Counted from the first letter of the stretch, positions 18,371 through 28,765 are shown. The stretch: DNA of 64,000 nt from a bacterium (GCA_035549195.1 DASZRK010000017.1:384177-448176); one strand, 5' to 3'. Notes: generated by a model not told the origin, from the letters alone. Program-made: numbers and translations.

Positions 18371-19998
18371 TGCCCAAGATCACCATCGACGGCAAACAAC
18401 TCGAGGTCAAGGACGGCACCAACGTCCTGCAGGCGGTGCTCGATAATGACATGAAGCTGGAGCATTTCTGTTATCACCCTTACCTGCCGGTGGCGGGCAA
18501 CTGCCGTACCTGCATGGTGGAGATCGAGGGGCCCAAGGGCCCCATGCTGACGGTGGGCTGCAACACCAAGGTGGCCGAGGGCATGGTTGTCCATACGCTT
18601 TCCCCCAAGGCCAAGCAGGCCCAGAAGAGCGCCATCGAGATGCTCCTGCTGGACCATCCCCTGGATTGCCCGGTCTGCGACAAGGCGGGGGAGTGCAAGC
18701 TCCAGAACCAATACATGGAATACGGCCTCTACGACTTCCGCCGGGGCGTACCCCGCTATTTCAAGGGCGGCAAGGCCGAGGACATCGGCGAACACATCAT
18801 CCTGGACCAGGAACGCTGCGTGCTTTGCACCCGCTGTATCCGTTTCGTGGACGAGGTCCCCAAGACCTCCGAGCTCGGCATCGTGAACCGCGGCCATGAA
18901 TCCAAGCTCGACATCTTCCCGGGCGTGAGATTGGACAACGCCTATTCCGGCAACGTGACCGACGTTTGCCCCGTGGGGGCCCTGACCTTGAAGGAGTTCC
19001 GCTTCAAGCAACGGGTCTGGTTCCTGAAGAAAACCGAATCCGTCTGCCATTCCTGCGCGCGGGGCTGCAACATCACGGTCGAGCACAACAAGGGCCGCAT
19101 CTACCGTTTCATGCCGCGCGAGAACGCCGAACTCAACAAGACCTGGATCTGCGACGAGGGCCGTTTCTCCTTCGACTATTACCAGAAGAACCGGCAGGAA
19201 GAGGTACGCCTGGGCCATTCCACCGCGAACTTGAACGAGGGCATCGCCCAGTTGGCCCATATCCTGGAAGGCCTGAACAAGGACGAGGTGGCGGGGATCG
19301 CCTCCCCCTTCGCGGCCTTGGAAGACCTCTATATGATGAAGAAACTCTTTGAGAAGCGCTTCAACCCCAAGAACCTCGCCGCCCCCTTCTGGGGCAAGAA
19401 GGGCGAGGGCGATAACATCCTGAAATTGGCCGATAAAACCCCCAATTCCCAGGGTTTGGCCTTGCTTGGCATAGACCCTGAGGGAGCCGACCTGCTTTCC
19501 CGCATCGAGAAGGGCGAGATCAAGGTCGTGATCATGATGCACAACAATCCCTTCGGACAGGACGAGGCCCGGGCGAACCAGGTCTATGGAAAGGTGAAGG
19601 CCCTGATCGTGTTGACGGTCCACAAAACCAAGGTGGCCGAGAAGGGGTCCATGGTGTTCCCCATGCGCACCTTCATCGAGAAGAACGGGACCTTCGTGAA
19701 CGCCACCAGCCGCTTGCAACGGGTCCGGCAGGCCATCGAACCGGAGAACGCGGACATCATCGAGGCTTCCCTCTGGATGGCCAAGCTGGCGAAGGCCCTG
19801 AAGGTGGAAGGGTTCGATTATCCGGACACCGCCTCGATCTTCAATGCCATGGCCAAGGAAGTGGAGTTGCTCAAGGGGCTGACCTTCAACGGCATCCCCG
19901 CAACGGGCAAAGTACTGGACCTAAAACCCATGGCGGCCGAGCCCTTCCAGGGCGTCAAGGCCCAGCCGAACGTGTGCGGGAAGGTGGTCCTTGGATAA
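18370..19998 (+). CDS. nuoG: NADH-quinone oxidoreductase subunit G (75-kDa), short 542-aa form
   Basis: An N-terminal 2Fe-2S ferredoxin fold (CYHPYLPVAGNCRTCMVEIEG), an HPLDCPVCDKAGECKLQ 4Fe-4S motif, and CVLCTRCIRF are present. Confidence 0.9.
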   Translation: MPKITIDGKQLEVKDGTNVLQAVLDNDMKLEHFCYHPYLPVAGNCRTCMVEIEGPKGPMLTVGCNTKVAEGMVVHTLSPKAKQAQKSAIEMLLLDHPLDCPVCDKAGECKLQNQYMEYGLYDFRRGVPRYFKGGKAEDIGEHIILDQERCVLCTRCIRFVDEVPKTSELGIVNRGHESKLDIFPGVRLDNAYSGNVTDVCPVGALTLKEFRFKQRVWFLKKTESVCHSCARGCNITVEHNKGRIYRFMPRENAELNKTWICDEGRFSFDYYQKNRQEEVRLGHSTANLNEGIAQLAHILEGLNKDEVAGIASPFAALEDLYMMKKLFEKRFNPKNLAAPFWGKKGEGDNILKLADKTPNSQGLALLGIDPEGADLLSRIEKGEIKVVIMMHNNPFGQDEARANQVYGKVKALIVLTVHKTKVAEKGSMVFPMRTFIEKNGTFVNATSRLQRVRQAIEPENADIIEASLWMAKLAKALKVEGFDYPDTASIFNAMAKEVELLKGLTFNGIPATGKVLDLKPMAAEPFQGVKAQPNVCGKVVLG

Positions 19999-21295
19999 CC
20001 AGACCTTCACCCTCATCAATATCGCGGTGATGACCGTGGTCGCTTGGCTCATCCCCCTTCAATTCATCCCGGTCTTCATCTGGCTGGAACGAAAGGGAAG
20101 CGCCATCATTCAGGACCGCATCGGGCCCAACCGCGCGAACATCCTGGGGATCCGCCTTTTCGGCATGATCCACAACTTCGCCGACGTGGTGAAGCTCTTG
20201 ATGAAAGAGAACATCGTGCCCGCCGGCGTGAACAGGCTCTACTTCTTCATGGCGCCTTTCTGGTCCATGACCATGAGCCTGCTGCCGCTGCTGGTGGTGC
20301 CCCTGGCGGCCCCCATGACCTTCAACGGCCGGCCGGTGCAGTTCGAGGCGGCGGACCTGAACGTAGGCGTTCTTTTCGTGCTTTCCATCACCAGCATGGG
20401 GGTCTTCGGCATCATCCTGGCGGGTTGGTCCTCCAATAATAAATTCTCGCTGATGGGCGGGCTTCGTTCCTCGGCCCAGATGATCTCCTATGAACTTTCG
20501 ATGGGGCTCGCCATGGTCGGACTCTTGATGGTCTATCAGGACGTGCGCTTGGGTTCGATCGTGGAGACCCAGGGGCATTCCCTCGCCGCCTGGGGCGCGA
20601 CCTTGCCCATCCCCAACTGGGGGATCTTCCTACAACCGGTCGGTTTTCTCCTCTTCTTGGTAGCCTCCTTCGCCGAAACGAACCGCAATCCTTTTGACCT
20701 GGCGGAAGGGGAATCGGAGCTGGTGGCGGGTTACCATGTGGAATATTCCAGCGTGAAATTCGCCCTCTTCTTCATGGCCGAATACTGCAACATGGTGGTG
20801 GCGGCCTTCGTGATCGCCACGCTCTTTCTGGGCGGCTACCAAGTGCCCTTCGCCTCCACCGAGACCCTGCGCCAGGACCCGCACTTGACCTTGGGGCTTC
20901 TTTGCGGGACCGTGGCCCTGCTCAAAGGGACCGCCGGGTATCTCCTCTATAAGAGGGCGGAGCAACAAAAGCATCTCTACCAGGGCGTCCAAAGGGCCGA
21001 ACCCTTCATTCTGGCGGCGCTGGGTTTCCTGGCGGCGGTGGCGGCTTTGGGTTTCTGGATCTGGGGCGCGGGCCAGGACCTTTCACCCGACTTTACGGGC
21101 ATCCTGGTGGCCCTTTTGCAGCTCTTAAGCCTCACCCTGAAGGTCCTCTTCTTTTGCTGGCTTTTCGTGTGGGTGCGCTGGACCTTGCCCCGGTTCCGTT
21201 ATGACCAATTGATGAACTTGGGTTGGAAGGTGATGTTGCCCCTGGCTTTGCTGAACCTGTTGGTGACGGGCGTGATCGTACTGACGCAAAAGTAA
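19991..21295 (+). CDS. nuoH: NADH-quinone oxidoreductase subunit H
   Basis: TTG start overlaps the nuoG stop. The WLERKGSAIIQDRIGPNRA motif is present in a polytopic membrane protein. Confidence 0.9.
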   Translation: MDNQTFTLINIAVMTVVAWLIPLQFIPVFIWLERKGSAIIQDRIGPNRANILGIRLFGMIHNFADVVKLLMKENIVPAGVNRLYFFMAPFWSMTMSLLPLLVVPLAAPMTFNGRPVQFEAADLNVGVLFVLSITSMGVFGIILAGWSSNNKFSLMGGLRSSAQMISYELSMGLAMVGLLMVYQDVRLGSIVETQGHSLAAWGATLPIPNWGIFLQPVGFLLFLVASFAETNRNPFDLAEGESELVAGYHVEYSSVKFALFFMAEYCNMVVAAFVIATLFLGGYQVPFASTETLRQDPHLTLGLLCGTVALLKGTAGYLLYKRAEQQKHLYQGVQRAEPFILAALGFLAAVAALGFWIWGAGQDLSPDFTGILVALLQLLSLTLKVLFFCWLFVWVRWTLPRFRYDQLMNLGWKVMLPLALLNLLVTGVIVLTQK

Positions 21296-21390
21296 AAGGC
21301 CTGAAGCTTTATTAAAACTGAGGTTGCTTCGTCATTGACGACCGCCTATTCGGCGGTCATTCCTCGCAATGACGGCAAAAAGGTGAGCCG

Positions 21391-21936
21391 ATGAAGGTTG
21401 TTCCTAGGCCCGGGATGAAGGGCGCCGAAAAGATCTATGTGGTGGAAGTGGTCAAGGGCCTTTGGCTCACGCTGGGCCATGTCCTGCACAATCTCCTCCA
21501 ACCAAAGGACATGCCGGTGGTGTCCTTCCCGGAGGAAAAGAAGGACCTGCCCCCGACCACCCGGGGCCGGCACCGGCTCATGAAGCGCGAGGACGGCGAA
21601 CCCCGTTGCACCGCCTGCATGCTTTGCGCCACCGCCTGTCCGGCCGAGTGCATCCATATCCTGGCGGAAGAGTCGCCGGACCCGAACATCGAGAAGTTCC
21701 CGGCGAAGTTCGACATCGACATGCTGCGCTGTGTCTATTGCGGCTATTGTGTGGAGGCCTGCCCCCTGGACGCCATCCGCATGGACATCCCCGAGGTGAC
21801 CGTGGCGGGCTACACCCGCGACAGCCTGGTGTACCACAAGGAATTCCTGATGGATCACGATAATAAGGACGTGGTGGCGGACTATAATCCGCCCCGTCCC
21901 GTCCAGTGGACCCACGGGCCGCACGCGAGGCCCTGA
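21391..21936 (+). CDS. nuoI: NADH-quinone oxidoreductase subunit I (2x[4Fe-4S])
   Basis: CTACMLCATACP and CVYCGYCVEACP ferredoxin motifs are present. Confidence 0.9.
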   Translation: MKVVPRPGMKGAEKIYVVEVVKGLWLTLGHVLHNLLQPKDMPVVSFPEEKKDLPPTTRGRHRLMKREDGEPRCTACMLCATACPAECIHILAEESPDPNIEKFPAKFDIDMLRCVYCGYCVEACPLDAIRMDIPEVTVAGYTRDSLVYHKEFLMDHDNKDVVADYNPPRPVQWTHGPHARP

Positions 21937-22076
21937 GAAACAAAGTCCTGGCCGCAAATCAGCGCGAATGAGCGCTGATGAAGGCAAGGAATGGATTAAA
22001 GGCTTAAAGACTTAGGATTTATTTGCGAAGATCTGCGCTCATTTGCGGCAAAAGACTTTGCTTTAAGGTGGATCGG

Positions 22077-22580
22077 GTGATCGAAAGCGTTCTTTTTTAT
22101 TTCCTGGCCGCGGTGTTGGTCGGGACGGCCCTATTGGTCGTCACCCGGACCAACCCGATCGCTTCCGCCATCGCCATGGTGGCGGCCTTCGCGGCCTTGT
22201 CGGGGCTCTACGCCATGCTGTCGGCGTCCCTGGCCGCCATCCTGCAGGTGCTGGTCTATGCGGGCGGCATCATGGTGCTGGTCATTTTCGTCATCATGCT
22301 CTTGAACCTGCGCAAGGAGGAATTGGAGCCCATGAAGGCGCGGGCCGGGAGTTTCCTGGCGGCCTTGGCCGCCCTTTTGGTCCTGGTGGTGGGGCCCATT
22401 TGGATGGGCTTGGCACCCTCTTGGAAACCCATGATGGCGTCCCTGGAACCCGGTTTTGGGAGCATCTCGGCCGTGGGGGCCAAGCTTTTCAGCGAATATC
22501 TTTTCCCCTTTGAGATGCTTTCCTTCGTGCTTTTGACCGCCATCGTCGGTGCCCTAGTGCTCTCGAAAAGGAAGTTGTGA
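22077..22580 (+). CDS. nuoJ: NADH-quinone oxidoreductase subunit J
   Basis: The start is likely GTG at 22077 (VIESVLFYFLAAV...), preceded by AAGGTGG; the ORF track starts at 22023. The protein has a hydrophobic NuoJ-like profile. Confidence 0.8.
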   Translation: MIESVLFYFLAAVLVGTALLVVTRTNPIASAIAMVAAFAALSGLYAMLSASLAAILQVLVYAGGIMVLVIFVIMLLNLRKEELEPMKARAGSFLAALAALLVLVVGPIWMGLAPSWKPMMASLEPGFGSISAVGAKLFSEYLFPFEMLSFVLLTAIVGALVLSKRKL

Positions 22581-22897
22581 CCATGGACCTATCACCCATC
22601 ACTCCGGCCCACTACCTGGCGCTCTCGGCGGTCCTTTTCGCCATCGGGGCCGCCGGGGTGCTGGCCCGCAAGAACCTCTTCATCGTCCTCATGAGCCTGG
22701 AGCTCATGCTGAACGCCGCGAACCTGGCACTGGTGACCTTTTCCCGTGTCCACGGGGACATGACGGGGCATCTTTTCGTGCTGTTCGTGGTGGCGATCGC
22801 CGCCGCCGAGGCCTGCGTGGGCTTGGCCATCGTCATCGCCCTCTACCGCCTGAAAGAATCGGTCGATCTGGACATCTTCAAGAGCTTGAAGGGATAG
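22577..22897 (+). CDS. nuoK: NADH-quinone oxidoreductase subunit K
   Basis: The 106-aa, 3-TM protein carries LFAIGAAGVLARKNLFIVLMSLELMLNAANL. It overlaps the nuoJ stop. Confidence 0.9.
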   Translation: MTMDLSPITPAHYLALSAVLFAIGAAGVLARKNLFIVLMSLELMLNAANLALVTFSRVHGDMTGHLFVLFVVAIAAAEACVGLAIVIALYRLKESVDLDIFKSLKG

Positions 22898-22900
22898 GCC

Positions 22901-24880
22901 ATGGGCATCGAGACCATCCAAGCCGTGAACCTGATCCAATACGATTGGATCTGGCTCATCTTCGCCGCGCCTCTTTTCGGAGGGGTGCTGAACGGCCTGT
23001 TGGTGCTCGTCGCCGCGCGCCGGGGCCGCCCCTTTCCGGAAGCCCTTTACGCCACCCTGTCCTGCGGTTCGGCCATCCTTTCCTTTTGCTTCGCCTGGAC
23101 CGCCTACCTCCACTTCAAGGACGGCGGACCGGGCACCATCCTGGCCCAGAACCTGGGGACCTGGATCGAATCGACCGACTTCCAAGTCTTCTTGAAGTTC
23201 CACCTGGACGCCCTCTCCATCACCATGACGGTCTTCATCACCCTGGTCTCCAGCCTCATCCACCTCTATTCCATCGGATACATGAAAGGGGACGCGGGTT
23301 TCGGCCGGTTCTTCACCTACATGAACCTGTTCCTTTTCTCCATGCTGGTGTTGGTCACGGCCCAGAACCTGATCCTGATGTTCCTGGGCTGGGAAGGGGT
23401 CGGGTTCTGTTCCTATCTATTGATCGGCTTCTGGTTCGAGGACATGGCCAAGGCCGACGCGGGCAAGAAGGCGATCATCTACAACCGCATCGGGGACGCC
23501 GGGTTCCTGCTGGGCATCCTGCTGCTCTTCACCCTGACCGGGACCGTGAATTTCGCCGACCTTCAGATGGGCAAGCACAGCATCAACGAGCTTTCGGCCA
23601 CCCTCATCTGCCTCTGCTTCTTCTTCGGGGCGACCGGCAAGTCGGCCCAGATCCCCCTTTATGTTTGGCTGCCCGATGCCATGGCGGGCCCCACGCCGGT
23701 CTCCGCCCTCATCCACGCGGCCACCATGGTGACCGCCGGGATCTACCTGGTGGCCCGCCTGAGCTTCCTCTTCGTGCTGGCGCCCTGGGCCTCCACGGTG
23801 GTGGCCGTCATCGGCGTCCTGACCGCCCTTTTGGCGGCCACCCTGGCGGTGGTCCAGCAGGACATCAAGAAGGTCCTGGCCTATTCCACCATCTCCCAGT
23901 TGGGCTATATGTTCCTGGGCGCGGGGGTCAGCGCCTACGGTGCCGGGGTCTTCCACCTCATCACCCATGGGTTCTTCAAGGCCTGCCTCTTCCTGGGGGC
24001 CGGGTCCGTCATCCACGCCCTCGGCGGGGAACAGGACATCCGCAAGATGGGGGGGCTCTTGAAACACGTGCCCCTGACCAGCGTGGGATTCCTCCTGGGC
24101 TGGATGGCCATCTCGGGGATCGTGCCTTTCTGCGGTGGGTTCAACAGCAAGGACGCCATCCTGTGGAACGCCCTGGCCGTTCCTAACTCCGTGTTGCCCT
24201 TCCTACCCCAGGTGCTCTACGGCATCGGGCTCCTGACGGCTTTCCTGACCTCCTTCTATATGACCCGCCTGGTGGTGCTGGTCTTCTTCGGGAACTATCG
24301 GGGGGACAAGAAGATCTTCGACCATGTCCATGAATCGCCCCGGATCATGACGGTGCCTCTCCTCATCCTGGGGGCCGGGTCGCTGGTGTCGGGCTGGATC
24401 GGCATGCCGCAGGCCATCGGAGGCGGTGACAGCCTGGGACAGTTCCTTGAGCCCATCTTCCATCTTTCCACGGTGGAACCGACCAGCCTCCCCAAGAGCA
24501 TGGAGCCCCTCTTCATGATCGTTTCCTGGGCGGTGGCCGTCGGCGGCGTCCTTTTCGCCTGGTTCGTCTATGGCTTGAAGCACAAGATCAGCCCGATCCT
24601 CTTGAAGCTGATCCCCGGCGGGGCCCAGACCCTGGAGAAGAAATACTACGTGGACGAGATCTACGAGGCTTCGGCGGTCAAAGGCGTGAAAGCCCTGGCG
24701 AGCTGGGTCTCGGACCGTTTGGTGGAGACCATCCTGGTCAACGGCCTGGTGCAGGCCCTGACCGGTGCCGCCGCCGGTCTCGCACGCTGGGTCCAGAGAT
24801 CCCAGACCGGGTTGGTCCGCGCTTACCTGGCCTATGTGGCCCTGGGCGCCGCCTTGCTGATCTATTGGATGACGCATTAA
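22901..24880 (+). CDS. nuoL: NADH-quinone oxidoreductase subunit L
   Basis: The 659-aa antiporter-like subunit carries LLIGFWFEDMAKADAGKKA and TPVSALIHAATMVTAGIYL motifs. Confidence 0.92.
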   Translation: MGIETIQAVNLIQYDWIWLIFAAPLFGGVLNGLLVLVAARRGRPFPEALYATLSCGSAILSFCFAWTAYLHFKDGGPGTILAQNLGTWIESTDFQVFLKFHLDALSITMTVFITLVSSLIHLYSIGYMKGDAGFGRFFTYMNLFLFSMLVLVTAQNLILMFLGWEGVGFCSYLLIGFWFEDMAKADAGKKAIIYNRIGDAGFLLGILLLFTLTGTVNFADLQMGKHSINELSATLICLCFFFGATGKSAQIPLYVWLPDAMAGPTPVSALIHAATMVTAGIYLVARLSFLFVLAPWASTVVAVIGVLTALLAATLAVVQQDIKKVLAYSTISQLGYMFLGAGVSAYGAGVFHLITHGFFKACLFLGAGSVIHALGGEQDIRKMGGLLKHVPLTSVGFLLGWMAISGIVPFCGGFNSKDAILWNALAVPNSVLPFLPQVLYGIGLLTAFLTSFYMTRLVVLVFFGNYRGDKKIFDHVHESPRIMTVPLLILGAGSLVSGWIGMPQAIGGGDSLGQFLEPIFHLSTVEPTSLPKSMEPLFMIVSWAVAVGGVLFAWFVYGLKHKISPILLKLIPGGAQTLEKKYYVDEIYEASAVKGVKALASWVSDRLVETILVNGLVQALTGAAAGLARWVQRSQTGLVRAYLAYVALGAALLIYWMTH

Positions 24881-24920
24881 CGAAGGCCCGGGAGATTCCC
24901 GGCTTTAGAAAGGCTTTGCT

Positions 24921-26447
24921 TTGATCCTCTCCATCCTCATCGCGCTACCCCTGGTGGGCGCCGGTCTTGCCGCCCTTTTCCCCCAGGAAAGGGCCTCGAA
25001 GGCCTTGGCCTTCCTGGCCTCCTTCACGACCTTCGTGTTCTCCCTTTCCCTGGTCCAGGGCTTCAACCCGGCGGATGGCGGGTTCCAATTCGAGGAGCAG
25101 AAGGACCTGCTCCCTTCCCTGGGGATCCATTACAGCCTGGGGATGGACGGCCTGTCCCTCTGGCTCATCCTCCTGACCACCTTCCTGACCCCCTGGGTGC
25201 TTTTGGCCAGCTGGGGTTGGATCCGCATCAACCTGCGGGGTTACCTGGCCTCGGTCCTGGTGCTGGAGTCGGCCATGATCGGGACCCTGGCTTCCACCGA
25301 CCTTTTCCTCTTCTATCTCTTCTGGGAGCTCATGCTGGTGCCGGTCTTCTTCCTCATGGGGATCTGGGGCGGGCCGAACCGGGGCCGGGCGACCCTGAAG
25401 TTCGTCCTTTTCACCATGCTGGGATCCCTCCTGATGCTGGTGGCCCTGATCTACGCCACCCACGAAGCCCATAGCTTCGATTACACCAAGCTTTTCGAAC
25501 ACACCTTCCCCGAGGACGTCCAGTTCTGGTGCTTCCTGGCCTTCTCGATGGCTTTCCTGATCAAGGTCCCGCTTTTCCCGTTCCACGCCTGGCTACCCGA
25601 CGCCTATACCGAGGCCCCGGCGGGCGCCACCGCCCTTCTCTCGGGGGTCATGGTCAAGCTGGGGGTCTATGGTTTGCTCCGCTTCTGCATCCCGCTCTTC
25701 CCGGTCGCGGCCAGGGATTTCGCGCCCTGGATCATGGTGCTGGCCCTGGCCGGGGTGCTCCATGGGGCTCTCATGGCGGTCCTGCAGACCGACTTCAAGC
25801 GCATGGCCGCTTACTCCTCCCTTTCCCACATGGGTCTGGTCCTGCTCGGGGTTTTCACCTATTCGCTGATGGGCCTACAGGGCGGGCTCATCGAGATGAT
25901 CGGCCATGGAGTGGCCATGACCGCCTTCTTCCTTTTGATCGGGGCCCTCTGGACCCGCCGCGAAAGCCATGAGGCCGAGGAGTTCGGGGGCCTGGCCAAG
26001 GTGGCGCCCTTCCTGGCCTTCACCTTCCTTTGGACCCTCCTGTCGGTGGCGGGCCTACCGGCCTTCGCCGGGTTCCCCGGGGAAGTGCTGATCCTCCTTT
26101 CGACCTATAAAGCCTGGCCCCTCTTGGCCGTGCTGGCCATCGGCGGGTTCGTGCTGACCGCCTGGTTCCTCTTCCATTTCTATGGACGGGTCTTCCTGGG
26201 CCCCCTGTCCAAGAAGCCGAACCAGAAGGTCTCCGACCTTTCCTGGAGCGAGATCCTGGCCCTCCTGCCCCTTTGCCTGGCCGCCCTTTGGGTGGGGCTG
26301 AATCCCAATCTCTTCATCGCCCCGGCAGAGAAGACCCTGCAGATGAAGGTCATCGAAAAGCTCAAGCCTCCCCCGCGGATGACCGATTTCGCCGCCGAAC
26401 AGCGCCACCGGCAGGAAACATTGGAAAAAGAGAAGAACAAAAAGTGA
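24921..26447 (+). CDS. nuoM: NADH-quinone oxidoreductase subunit M
   Basis: The 508-aa antiporter-like subunit carries the WLPDAYTEAPAGATALLSGVMVKLGVYG motif. Confidence 0.92.
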   Translation: MILSILIALPLVGAGLAALFPQERASKALAFLASFTTFVFSLSLVQGFNPADGGFQFEEQKDLLPSLGIHYSLGMDGLSLWLILLTTFLTPWVLLASWGWIRINLRGYLASVLVLESAMIGTLASTDLFLFYLFWELMLVPVFFLMGIWGGPNRGRATLKFVLFTMLGSLLMLVALIYATHEAHSFDYTKLFEHTFPEDVQFWCFLAFSMAFLIKVPLFPFHAWLPDAYTEAPAGATALLSGVMVKLGVYGLLRFCIPLFPVAARDFAPWIMVLALAGVLHGALMAVLQTDFKRMAAYSSLSHMGLVLLGVFTYSLMGLQGGLIEMIGHGVAMTAFFLLIGALWTRRESHEAEEFGGLAKVAPFLAFTFLWTLLSVAGLPAFAGFPGEVLILLSTYKAWPLLAVLAIGGFVLTAWFLFHFYGRVFLGPLSKKPNQKVSDLSWSEILALLPLCLAALWVGLNPNLFIAPAEKTLQMKVIEKLKPPPRMTDFAAEQRHRQETLEKEKNKK

Positions 26448-26458
26448 CCGAGGCCTGA

Positions 26459-27883
26459 ATGCAAGCCCTACCCATCGAATGGACCGCCCTTCTTCCCCTT
26501 TGGATCGTGAGCGGGGGAGCCTTGGGGCTCTTGCTCCTGGAAGTATTGGGGGGCGAGGAGGGGCGTAAGGCCATGCCCCTCGCCTGCGGGACCCTTTTGG
26601 TGCTTTCCCTCTGGGATATCCTGGCCCAATTGACGCGCCCCATGGCGGGGGCCTTGTTCCAGGGGACGGTGGTGGTCGACCTCTATTCACTGACCTTGAT
26701 GGGGATCTGCACCCTCTCGACCCTGCTGGCCTGTGTTTTTTCCGCCTCTTACCTGGTCCGCGAGAAGGCCGTGACAGGCGAGTTCTATGCGCTCCTGCTC
26801 CTGGCGTTGGCGGGGATGTTCACCCTCATCCTGGCCGCCGACTTCCTCACCTTCTTCGTCGGGATCGAGTTCATGTCGTTGGCGGGCTACATCCTGGCCG
26901 GTTATTTGCGGGTCAAGGAAGGATCCACCGAGGCTGCCTTGAAGTATTTCCTGCTCGGCGTCTTCGCGTCGGGGTTCCTTCTCTACGGCATCGCAGTCCT
27001 TTATGGAGCGTCCGGGATGACCCATTTCCCGGACCTTCGCCACTTCATGGACCAGGGGGGAGCCTCCTCCCCTTGGACCTACCTGGGGGTGGCGTTCCTC
27101 CTGGTGGGCCTGGGGTTCAAAACGGGTTTGGTGCCGTTCCATGGCTGGGCGCCCGATGTTTATGATGGATCCCCCGCACCCGTTTCCGCCTTCCTTTCCA
27201 CGGGCATCAAGGCCGCGGCTTTCGGGGCCATGGCCCGCCTTTTCACCGAGGCCTTCGGCCTGCCGGGCCCCTGGATCGGCGCTTTCGCGGTGCTGGCGGT
27301 CCTCACCATGACCTGGGGGAACTTGGGCGCCTTGGCCCAATCCAGCGTCAAGCGCATGCTCGGATTCTCCAGCGTCGCCCATGCGGGTTACCTGATGGTG
27401 GGCTTGTCGGTCGCGGCCGTCGCCCCCGCCAACGAGATCGAGCGCGGTGTGGCCTTCTACCTTCTCGCTTATACGCTCATGACGGGCGGGGCCTTCGGTT
27501 GGCTGGCTTGGGCCTCGGGAAAAGGGGAAAAGGAGGTCGCCTTCAACGACCTCCGGGGGCTCGGCTTCCGCGATCCCATCCTGGGATTGGTGATGGCGTT
27601 CTTTATGTTCTCGCTCGCCGGAATGACGCCCACCGCCGGGTTCTTCGGGAAGTATTTCCTCTTCAAGACCGCGGTCGACCATGGGATGACCGGACTGGTC
27701 ATCCTGGGCGTCTTGAACAGCTTCCTTTCGGCCTACTATTATTTGAAGGTGGTCGGCGTCCTTTACACCCGGACCGGGGAAGGGAAGGAAGGGGCCCTGC
27801 CGGTGACCTGGGGACTGCGACTTTCGCTGGTCCTCTGTGGGCTCGGGGTCCTGGTGGCGGGTTTGTTGAGGATGCCTTTTTGA
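26459..27883 (+). CDS. nuoN: NADH-quinone oxidoreductase subunit N
   Basis: The 474-aa antiporter-like subunit carries the HGWAPDVYDGSPAPVSAFLSTGIKAAAF motif. Confidence 0.92.
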   Translation: MQALPIEWTALLPLWIVSGGALGLLLLEVLGGEEGRKAMPLACGTLLVLSLWDILAQLTRPMAGALFQGTVVVDLYSLTLMGICTLSTLLACVFSASYLVREKAVTGEFYALLLLALAGMFTLILAADFLTFFVGIEFMSLAGYILAGYLRVKEGSTEAALKYFLLGVFASGFLLYGIAVLYGASGMTHFPDLRHFMDQGGASSPWTYLGVAFLLVGLGFKTGLVPFHGWAPDVYDGSPAPVSAFLSTGIKAAAFGAMARLFTEAFGLPGPWIGAFAVLAVLTMTWGNLGALAQSSVKRMLGFSSVAHAGYLMVGLSVAAVAPANEIERGVAFYLLAYTLMTGGAFGWLAWASGKGEKEVAFNDLRGLGFRDPILGLVMAFFMFSLAGMTPTAGFFGKYFLFKTAVDHGMTGLVILGVLNSFLSAYYYLKVVGVLYTRTGEGKEGALPVTWGLRLSLVLCGLGVLVAGLLRMPF

Positions 27884-27923
27884 TCCATGGGTCTAGGTAT
27901 GGACGGTGTTTTTAAAGGGTCCT

Positions 27924-28736
27924 ATGAAAAGACAGATTGTATCCCTGGTTTTCTTATCCTGCGTCTCAATGTCGCTTTGGCTATCTTCCTGTTCGGACAC
28001 TCAAACCCCTGTCACGCCCGACAACGCCTTGACGTTCACTTCCACCCCAACCGGCACGCCTACCGGGACTATGACTCCGGCCCCAAGTTCAACGGTTTCC
28101 GCCACTCCCACGCAAACACCCACGGCAACCTCGACTCCGGCCGTCTTTTGGTATGACGGACTTGTGGGGCGTATCGATTATGGTTACACCGTTGGACTTA
28201 CGCGGGACGTCTATTTGGACCTATTGGTCAACAATTCACCGGTCACGGACGCCGTCGTTATCCTGACGGGTTCCAATCTGAGTTCGCCGGTTACGGTGCC
28301 TTATGATAAGCCGGTGTCTTATGGAGGGGTTGGTTATGCGCAATACCACAGCCAAGACACCTTTACTTATGAGCTCGGGGAAACTTACACCCTGACCTGT
28401 ATCGCGATGGGTGTGACCACTTCCGCAACCCAGACCGCTCCGGGCGATATTTCGGTTCTCGCGGATGGGAGTGGGGCCGTTACTTACGCCAGTTGGGCCA
28501 CGGAAGGCAATTCGGACCATGTCTATATTCGCCATGCTCCTTTTATCACGACCTATTCTTTGCCACCCGATCAAGACTCGCCGGTTTCGATCGATCCGGT
28601 GACACCCTACCCCGATACCGGTTACACCTATAACGAGTTCATTGATATCCAAAATCAGACGCCGACGGTTTCCAACGGCAGTACCAGTCTGGGTTTTGTC
28701 GTGGGGGATTTCCTACAATGGGACGTGAACAAATAA
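27924..28736 (+). CDS. hypothetical lipoprotein with Pro/Thr-rich linker
   Basis: Start is ATG at 27924 after AAAGGG. A lipobox-like LSSC follows the signal sequence. A TSTPTGTPTGTMTPAPSSTVSATPTQTPTATSTPA linker precedes a globular domain. Confidence 0.55.
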   Translation: MKRQIVSLVFLSCVSMSLWLSSCSDTQTPVTPDNALTFTSTPTGTPTGTMTPAPSSTVSATPTQTPTATSTPAVFWYDGLVGRIDYGYTVGLTRDVYLDLLVNNSPVTDAVVILTGSNLSSPVTVPYDKPVSYGGVGYAQYHSQDTFTYELGETYTLTCIAMGVTTSATQTAPGDISVLADGSGAVTYASWATEGNSDHVYIRHAPFITTYSLPPDQDSPVSIDPVTPYPDTGYTYNEFIDIQNQTPTVSNGSTSLGFVVGDFLQWDVNK

Positions 28737-28765
28737 CCGGAAGGAAAAAGAAAGAGGAGGCTTCA

